Shown one piece after another: positions 45,842 to 51,478 of a stretch of DNA of 51,478 nt; within the stretch, counting starts at the first letter, position 1, and the number at the start of each line of letters is the position of its first letter. Source of the DNA: Deltaproteobacteria bacterium (GTDB lineage Bacteria > Desulfobacterota > Desulfarculia > Adiutricales > Adiutricaceae). Under the pieces are notes generated by a model. That model saw only the letters and a program-made list of their open reading frames with translations. It was not told the DNA's origin and ran no database searches. Position numbers and translations under genes: made by a program. The stretch is from the NCBI GenBank assembly GCA_031257955.1, contig JAIRNQ010000352.1, positions 1 to 51,478 on the forward strand, given 5' to 3'.

Positions 45842-46051
45842 TTATTTTGCGTCCTTGTTTGGTTGCTTGGTTGATGGTTTGCGCCCGTTTGCGCTGCGCC
45901 CGTCCGGGGGTTTAGGCCTTCCCTTGGGGATAACCCAGAGATTTCCCAACCGTGTCGCGCCGTTTACCCTCCCGCTGTCGCAGAGTATCTGCACCCGCCG
46001 TCCGCTTATGTTCCATAGTTCCGACGCTTCCTTAACGGTCATCCATTCCAT
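45842..46051 (-). CDS. small helix-turn-helix DNA-binding protein
   Basis: 69 aa. WMTVKEASELWNISGRRVQILCDSGRVNGATRLGNLWVIPKG matches the excisionase/MerR-like HTH_17 pattern. Basic tail. Confidence 0.6.
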   Translation of the reverse strand: MEWMTVKEASELWNISGRRVQILCDSGRVNGATRLGNLWVIPKGRPKPPDGRSANGRKPSTKQPNKDAK

Positions 46052-46089
46052 AAACCAACCCTCTCGCGTTTGAAATAATATGTGTTTGC

Positions 46090-46118
46090 ATTAAACATCG
46101 ATATCGCGAATAAATCAA
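46090..46118 (-). promoter_or_regulatory. candidate sigma70 promoter for the HTH gene
   Basis: Minus strand reads TTGATT (46118..46113), a 17-nt spacer containing the CGATATCG palindrome, then TTTAAT (46095..46090). Confidence 0.3.
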
Positions 46119-46204
46119 GGGGAAAAGGGGAAAATCAACAATAATCGAAAATTCTGAAAGTATGGCTAAAAATGGTTTTTTCAAAACCCATTGACAACAC
46201 TTCG

Positions 46205-47055
46205 CAGACTTAAAAAATGGATCCTAGAGGCCACCTCAGCCATGGGATCGTCAGGCGGGATATCCACCACCGACACCCGGAGTTCGGTTACGGGCGGACG
46301 CCACGGCGGTCTTAATTGAGAAGCCTTTTGTGGACCTGGATACGGACCCCACCTTTGCCTCGGAGAACCACCATGCACGCCTATGGCCACGATGGCCACG
46401 CCGCCATTGGTGAAGGCGGCCGTCGACCTCCAGATATGGGCGAGCCTGCCGCTCGGCAAGATGGCGATCGACGATGGTGTGACCTTGGCTAGTATGCTAA
46501 ATTTTCCAATAAAAGTCGAAGGTCGCATCGTTAATACGGCCACGGCCCAGATGGCCGTGGCCCCCATTTTGGTGGCCAGCCAGATTGTCGTGGGCCTCCA
46601 GACCTTGCAAAGCCGAGAGCTAGATCCTTATTTTGGCTTCATCGTTGGTTTTGTCCGGATCGCCGGCGGCTGGGCGATCAGCGAAATTTGGGACGAAGTG
46701 GAGCTTGAGGGTGTCATCCGCAACCTTTTTGACGATTCCGGCGAGGGCCCCTTAAAACGAAAAACGCTTGGCTGAGAGCGCCCAGGGCTTGGCCGCGTCT
46801 TATCGGGGCGTGGGCGAAGTCGATTTTTTCCGACCCCAGCCCTTCATGTTCTACGATCGCCGCATGGTAGCTTTGGTCTGTGGCCACGCAAACTCTGGGC
46901 ACGAGGGTGTTAATGAGATTTCTGAGCATGGGCTACCGGGATTTCTCCGAGTTTTCGGCCTGTGGTCCCAGCGACATGGCCAGTGGCATGGGCATGTTCG
47001 AGGCCGGTTGCGAAAATCGCCGGACCATCGCCACCCGAAATGTGACATCGACTAG
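46205..47055 (+). pseudogene. degenerate, internally deleted copy of the M20 amidohydrolase gene (34737..35918)
   Basis: Collinear nucleotide similarity starts right after the start codon (CAGACTTAAAAAATGGATCC.. versus CAGACTTCAAGAAATTGATCC..). Protein-level relics include WASLPLGK, ILVASQIVVGLQ.LQSRELDP and EVELEG.IR.LFD. There are several frame breaks and at least two internal deletions. Confidence 0.8.
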
Positions 47056-47061
47056 GATAGC

Positions 47062-47185
47062 CCACAAATAGGTCTAGAATCGATTTTACGGGCCTCAAGT
47101 TCTTTCCTGGGATTCCCCTGACCATTTTGCCAAAGCGAGGCTTAAACGCGTCTCAGGGCTCTTTAACGGTCTTCCCGAAGGAGGC
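47062..47185 (+). repeat. diverged partial copy of the ~250-bp unit seen at 35921..36478
   Basis: GTCTAGAATCGATTTTACGGG...TTTTGCCAAAGCGAGGCTTAAACGCGTCTCAGGG... parallels CTAGAATCGCTTATACGGG...TTTTGGCAAAAGATCGCTTAGAACGCGTCTCAGGGG. Confidence 0.6.
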
Positions 47186-47237
47186 CTAAATTAAGGCACT
47201 TTGGAAGGGGTATGGGAGTTCTGGGCAGGGGGACGAG

Positions 47238-47530
47238 GGAGGCGATCGCCCATACCGGATAGCTGATCCTCTATGGCAATCATGCGCCACTGCCAAGACA
47301 CCAACATCGTTTATCGGCACTCTCCAGAAGTCCTGGCTGAAACCCAAACCAAAGCCGCCGAAGCCACACCCACGGGGCATGCGTTCCCCCGTCGGCCGGG
47401 CCGCCACACAAGCCTCGCAAAACGAATTCGTCTCCCGACACATAAGCCCCGGCGGAAGCGCCGACCTCCAGGAGGCCGTTTTTCAAGTCCCTCGTCAAAC
47501 GGCGATATTTCCCCGCCCCATCCACCACCA
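47238..47530 (+). pseudogene. frameshifted copy of the citG 3' end (compare 25090..25369)
   Basis: AATCATGCGCCACTGCCAAGACACCAACATCGTTTATCG.. versus AATCATGCGCCACTGCCAGGACACCAACGTCGTCTATCG... Relics are IMRHCQDTN(I/V)VYR and ISPGGSADL in two different frames. Confidence 0.75.
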
Positions 47531-48041
47531 AATCACAAGCCAAAAAATCTCCATCGCGCTTCCCTTCCGTCCCGGCTAACCTCGCGCCCACACCACGAGC
47601 AAACCGCTACATTTCAATGATCGATTTCGCCCAAGAACCCTCTAAAGAATGGCCCCAGCGGCGGATCGTTTTTTGATATTTATGACTTAAGCTGGTCCGC
47701 TTTCCTTGGTGAGATGGCCCATTTTGATTGGTGATTTTTCAGGCAAGGTCAAGGGAGGGGCTTACCGTTGGTGGTGAAAGTGATGGGCCAGGGAACTTTT
47801 TCAAGTAAAGGGAAACCAGTTGTGTGGGCAGATGGCCCATTTTGGTCTGGTGGCTTTTAAGAAAACGAGAACTTGGGTGATCGCCATTGGCTGACAATCC
47901 CTGGAATTACACTGCGTGGGAAGTACTTATGGCAGTGAAAAGTCGTCGTGATGGGGGATTTTTGGCTGGGATTATTGGGAGGACAATCGCGGGTGGTTGG
48001 GGAGGGATTGTTGCGGTTTGAAGGTGGGAAAAGGGTTTTGG

Positions 48042-48959
48042 TTAAGGGGATGTTGGGGGAGGGAGGTGGCTTTCGCGAAAGCCGAAGGCGGCGTAGATTA
48101 TGACGGCGGAGCCGATGATGGCCGTGGGGGAAAAAGGATCGGAGAATAGTAGCCAGCTGGAGAGAGCGCCGCAGAGGATTTCTAGGGTACCGAAGACGCC
48201 AACGGTGTGGGCCGGGAGGTGTTTGAGGGCCGCGAAAGCGGTCAGTTGGCCTAAGGCGGACAGGGAGACTAAGGCCAATCCCAGGGCGGTTTCCGTGAGA
48301 TTGTCTATTCCGAAGCCAGTGGGGGAAAGAAACGAGAGCGGCCAGGATACCGCCACGCAGGCCAGACAGTAAAAAAGAAAAGGCTCCAGGCCGTGGTTGG
48401 CTGGGCCGAGGCGCCGGGTAAGGACGAAGGAAAGGGCGTAAAGCGCGGCGCCAAAAAAGCCTATGACATGGCCCCAACTAAGGTTTAGGCCGCTGGTTTG
48501 ATCGGGCAGAACCAAGAGAACGCAACCGATGAAAGCGATAATGACTCGGGTCAGGGCCCTTAGGGTGATCCTTTCGCCCAGTATGAGCCTGGCCATGAAC
48601 ACGGACATGGCTGGGTAGAGCAACACAAGCACGACGGCCTGATAGAGGGGGATCATTGTTATGGAAGCGTTGCCGGCGGCGCTGGCCAGCGCTCCCGTGA
48701 GACCGATCAAGGCCAGTAGGCAGGGTTTGTCCAGGGTCAGCTTGGTCGCGGTTAGGCGGGAGAGAGCCGCGACGAGTGTCAGGCCCAGGATTCCCCTAAG
48801 TAACAAAAGCCCGAAAATCGAGATTGAACCGTCTAATAAACGTAGGCCGTTGTCAAAGGCGGCAAAAAATAACGGCGATCCAATCGCCAGGGCAAGGCCA
48901 AGCTGTTGGCCATGGCGACCCTGGGTTGGATTCGAAAAGTTATTGTCGCTGCCTGGCAT
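48042..48959 (-). CDS. DMT-superfamily (EamA-like) transporter, copy 2
   Basis: 305-aa intact paralogue of 26368..27282. Shared blocks include SITMIPLYQAVV, LGERIT.RAL.RVI.AF.GCVLLVLP and FAALKH.PAHTVGV.GTLEILCG.LSSWLLFSDPF. Confidence 0.8.
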   Translation of the reverse strand: MPGSDNNFSNPTQGRHGQQLGLALAIGSPLFFAAFDNGLRLLDGSISIFGLLLLRGILGLTLVAALSRLTATKLTLDKPCLLALIGLTGALASAAGNASITMIPLYQAVVLVLLYPAMSVFMARLILGERITLRALTRVIIAFIGCVLLVLPDQTSGLNLSWGHVIGFFGAALYALSFVLTRRLGPANHGLEPFLFYCLACVAVSWPLSFLSPTGFGIDNLTETALGLALVSLSALGQLTAFAALKHLPAHTVGVFGTLEILCGALSSWLLFSDPFSPTAIIGSAVIIYAAFGFRESHLPPPTSP

Positions 48960-49124
48960 GGATTGTCTTTAGGGTTTGGGGAAAAGAAAGATGGTTAGGG
49001 GTTTCTTGGGGCACCCACTTTCGGATAGGCTGGGTAAGGGAAAGGCGCCCAAACTATGACCGAGTATTTGGGGTTTAGCGGTTGAGCCGAGAGTTTGCGT
49101 AGTAAGCATTATAATCTCCGGGGA

Positions 49125-49245
49125 GGGATAATCCAACCAATTATTTATCGTTTATCGAGTATTCGGGTTTTGGTTAGAGGGATAATCCAACCAATTATTT
49201 ATCGTTTATTGAGTATTCGGGTTTTGGTTAAAGGCATAATGGCTG
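49125..49245. repeat. 54-bp tandem repeat, about 2.2 copies
   Basis: GGGATAATCCAACCAATTATTTATCGTTTAT(C/T)GAGTATTCGGGTTTTGGTTA.A at 49125 and 49179, with a partial third copy. Confidence 0.85.
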
Positions 49246-49318
49246 GCCTTGCCTTGGAAAGGAAGTGTCAGGGTGGGGTTTCATTTTCCGGGGAAGCCAA
49301 GAGGACGGGGGCCGGGAC

Positions 49319-49344
49319 AATAAAACGGGCGGCCGAAGCCGCCC
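49319..49344 (-). terminator. intrinsic terminator of the hydrogenase operon
   Basis: Minus strand reads GGGCGGC-TTCG-GCCGCCC followed by GTTTTATTG, 65 nt after the stop at 49409. Confidence 0.6.
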
Positions 49345-49408
49345 GAGTTGAGGGAATGGGAGATCGCCTTATCGCTTGTGGCCAAGGACGCGAACCCCCG
49401 GGGGTTTT

Positions 49409-51139
49409 CTACAGATGTTCGTGCCCCTTCAGGGCGGTGTGCAGGAGCTCGTGGCTCTTGTGTCCGCCGTACTCGACCAAGAACTCCTCAAGGAGGGCCT
49501 TGACTTCGGGGTTTTCGTGGCTCTTACGCAGGGGCAGATTGCGGTCGTCGGTATACAGGCCCTGGATGCGTTTGGAGCGGTAGTTGATGTCGTGGCTGAT
49601 GGGCTGGCCGCCTCCGGAGATGCAGCCACCGGGGCAAGCCATGACTTCGATAAAGGTCCAACCCCTGGGGTTGCCGGCCTTGATTTCGTCCATGACTTTC
49701 CTGGCGTTCCCCAAACCGTGGGCGATGGCCAGCTTGATCTTCGTGCCCTTGAGATCCACCTCGGCCTCGCGAAGGCCGCCCAAACCGCGGATGGACTCGA
49801 ACTCTATCGTCGGCAGGGTTTCTTTGGTGACCACCTCGTAGGCGGTACGCATGGCCGCCTCCATGACGCCACCGGTGTTTCCGAAGATGGTGCCGGCGCC
49901 GGAGCCAATACCCATGAGGGGATCGTAAGGCGTCGAGGGCAGATCGTTAAAAGCCAGCCCAAAGCTCTGGATCAGCTGGCCGAGTTCCCTGGTCGTCAAG
50001 ACGTAGTCAACGTCCTGATAGCCGCTGGACTTCATCTCGGGGCGGAGGCACTCGTATTTCTTGGCCGTGCAAGGCATGATCGAGACCGAGACGATCTTTG
50101 AGGGGTCCAGGCCCTCTTTCTTGGCGTACCAGGTCTTGACCAAGGCCCCGAACATCTGCTGGGGGCTCTTGCAGGTGGAGTGGTGCTGGATGAGTTCGGG
50201 ATAGAACATTTCCATGAAGTTGATCCAGCCCGGGGAGCAGCTGGTGATCATGGGCATGTGTTTGTTAGCGCCGAGGCGCTTGAGGAACTCGGTGGCTTCC
50301 TCCATGATGGTCAGGTCGGCGGAGAAGTTGGTGTCCAACACCCGATCGAAGCCGATCCGCTTGAGGGCGGTGACCATCTGGCCGGTCACGATAGCGCCCG
50401 TCTTGTTGCCGAAATAATCGCCCAGGGCCACCCGGGTGGCCGGAGCGGTCTGGACCACGACGATCTTATCGGGATCGTTGATGGCTTCCAGCACCTTGGC
50501 CGTGTCGTCTTTGACCACAATGGCCCCAACCGGGCAGATGACCGAGCACTGACCGCATAAGGTGCACTTGACATCCTCAAGACCCTTACCAAAGGCGGGA
50601 GTCACGGTGGACTTAAAGCCGCGATTGGCGAAGGTGTAGACGTTGCAGGTCTGCTTATCGGCGCAGAAGCGCACGCAACGGCCACAGAGGATACACTTGT
50701 TGGGGTCGCGGACGAGGCTAGGACTGCTGGTGTCGAGGTCCCACTGAGGCTTGGCCGGGGGAAAGCGGACCTCTTTGATGCCCAAGTTCTGGGCCAGGGC
50801 CTGGAGCTCGCAGTTTTGGCTGCGCGAGCAGGTCAGGCAGTCCTTAGGGTGGTTGGCCAGCAAGAGCTCGACCACGAGACGACGGGCCGACCGAACCTTG
50901 GGTGAGTTGGTGAAGACCACCAGACCGTCGGTTACGGGGAAAGAGCAGGCCGCCGCTAGGGCTCTGGCCCCTTGAACCTCAACCACACAGACGCGGCAGC
51001 CGCTGTAGGGCTTGACGTCAAAGTGGTGACAGAGGGTGGGGATGTTGATACCAAGTTTTCGAGCGGCGCCCCAGATGGTGACGCCCGCTTGAACGGTTAC
51101 AGACTGGTTGTCGATGGTCAGGGTAACAGTTTTACTCAT
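49409..51139 (-). CDS. hydA: [FeFe]-hydrogenase catalytic subunit, HndD/HydA (M3) type
   Basis: Start at ATG 51139 (MSKTVTLTIDNQSV...), 577 aa. N-terminal 2Fe-2S domain, His-ligated cluster motif HPKDCLTCSRSQNCELQ, two 4Fe-4S motifs, H-cluster motifs MPCTAKKYE and EVMACPGGCISGGGQP, and L1 reading TSCSPGW. Confidence 0.9.
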   Translation of the reverse strand: MSKTVTLTIDNQSVTVQAGVTIWGAARKLGINIPTLCHHFDVKPYSGCRVCVVEVQGARALAAACSFPVTDGLVVFTNSPKVRSARRLVVELLLANHPKDCLTCSRSQNCELQALAQNLGIKEVRFPPAKPQWDLDTSSPSLVRDPNKCILCGRCVRFCADKQTCNVYTFANRGFKSTVTPAFGKGLEDVKCTLCGQCSVICPVGAIVVKDDTAKVLEAINDPDKIVVVQTAPATRVALGDYFGNKTGAIVTGQMVTALKRIGFDRVLDTNFSADLTIMEEATEFLKRLGANKHMPMITSCSPGWINFMEMFYPELIQHHSTCKSPQQMFGALVKTWYAKKEGLDPSKIVSVSIMPCTAKKYECLRPEMKSSGYQDVDYVLTTRELGQLIQSFGLAFNDLPSTPYDPLMGIGSGAGTIFGNTGGVMEAAMRTAYEVVTKETLPTIEFESIRGLGGLREAEVDLKGTKIKLAIAHGLGNARKVMDEIKAGNPRGWTFIEVMACPGGCISGGGQPISHDINYRSKRIQGLYTDDRNLPLRKSHENPEVKALLEEFLVEYGGHKSHELLHTALKGHEHL

Positions 51140-51149
51140 TTGGGGCACC

Positions 51150-51478
51150 CTACTTCTTGCAGACCGCTTTAGTCTTGCGGCAGGCGTCAATACAAGACCC
51201 ACACTTGATACACTTGATCGGATCGATCTTGTGAGGCTCTTTCTTGTCTCCGTCGATGGCGGAAGCCGGGCACTGCTTTTTGCAAAGCCCACATCCGATA
51301 CACTTCTCTTCATCGATCCAGAAGGTCAACAAGGCGGAGCAGGCTTTGGCCGGACATCTCTTCTCAAAGATGTGAGCCTCATATTCATGCCTGAAGTAGC
51401 GCAAGGTTGAGAGGATCGGGTTCGGGCAGGTCTGTCCGAGGCCGCATAAGGCACTGAGTTTGATATTGTTGGCCAGCT
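51150..51478 (-). CDS. NuoF-like flavoprotein subunit of the hydrogenase (HndC/HydB), 3' part only; continues beyond the window
   Basis: The reading frame is open to the window edge: ...[36 protein letters not shown], followed by two ferredoxin motifs [12 protein letters not shown] and [11 protein letters not shown]. Confidence 0.8.
   Translation of the reverse strand, partial: LANNIKLSALCGLGQTCPNPILSTLRYFRHEYEAHIFEKRCPAKACSALLTFWIDEEKCIGCGLCKKQCPASAIDGDKKEPHKIDPIKCIKCGSCIDACRKTKAVCKK

Larger units (their letters stand above)
41641..46200. mobile_element. AT-rich decayed defence / mobile island (bounds approximate)
   Basis: Abrupt change to AT-rich composition. It contains gene fragments typical of defence islands and sub-terminal direct repeats at its left edge. 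No integrase or transposase gene is left. Confidence 0.4.

Noticed and set aside
47857-48477. 206-aa ORF overlapping EamA-2.
   Set aside because: It is an alternative frame of the EamA-2 region on the same strand, rich in Pro, Arg and Ser. The 305-aa transporter frame is the one with paralogue support.

Overview
51.5 kb of GC-rich chromosome, probably from an anaerobic Desulfovibrio-like (Thermodesulfobacteriota) organism. The lineage is an inference from a Desulfovibrio-type flavodoxin, a nuo operon without nuoEFG and a NuoF-linked [FeFe]-hydrogenase. Layout: (1) 0.1-0.9 kb: APH-type phosphotransferase. (2) 1.0-15.6 kb, minus strand: nuoA-B-C-D-H-I / J-K / extra antiporter-like subunit + small membrane protein / L-M-N. 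This operon is interrupted between nuoI and nuoJ by a visibly AT-rich, translationally coupled two-gene cassette (PD-(D/E)xK nuclease-like protein plus an unrecognisable partner), which is my best candidate for an undescribed system. (3) 16.8-18.6 kb: a diverged ISAzo13-type transposase and flavodoxin. (4) 19.5-25.4 kb: complete citrate lyase locus citD-E-F, citC and a citX-citG fusion. (5) 26.4-41.2 kb: EamA transporter, IclR regulator and a TRAP-transporter-linked catabolic island. The island holds two creatinase/DoeA-like M24 proteins, an M20 amidohydrolase, an EutB-like dehydratase, an EutA-like racemase, RidA, a Glu/Leu-type dehydrogenase and one unknown enzyme, and a 15-bp operator-like motif occurs three times in it. 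(6) 41.4-46.2 kb: AT-rich decayed defence/mobile island (DUF1156 methylase fragment, motor-deleted DUF3883 helicase, intact AlbA_2-type ATPase, small HTH protein). (7) 46.2-49.0 kb: pseudogene copies of the amidohydrolase and of the citG 3' end plus a second EamA paralogue, i.e. a segmental duplication. (8) 49.4-51.5 kb: [FeFe]-hydrogenase large subunit with an unusual TSCSP H-cluster motif, and the 3' end of its NuoF-like partner. A recurring oddity is GC-rich tandem repeats in intergenic spacers, including tandem re-duplication of gene 3' ends. I saw no rRNA, tRNA or CRISPR array. All product calls rest on motif recognition by eye; no searches or computations were run.
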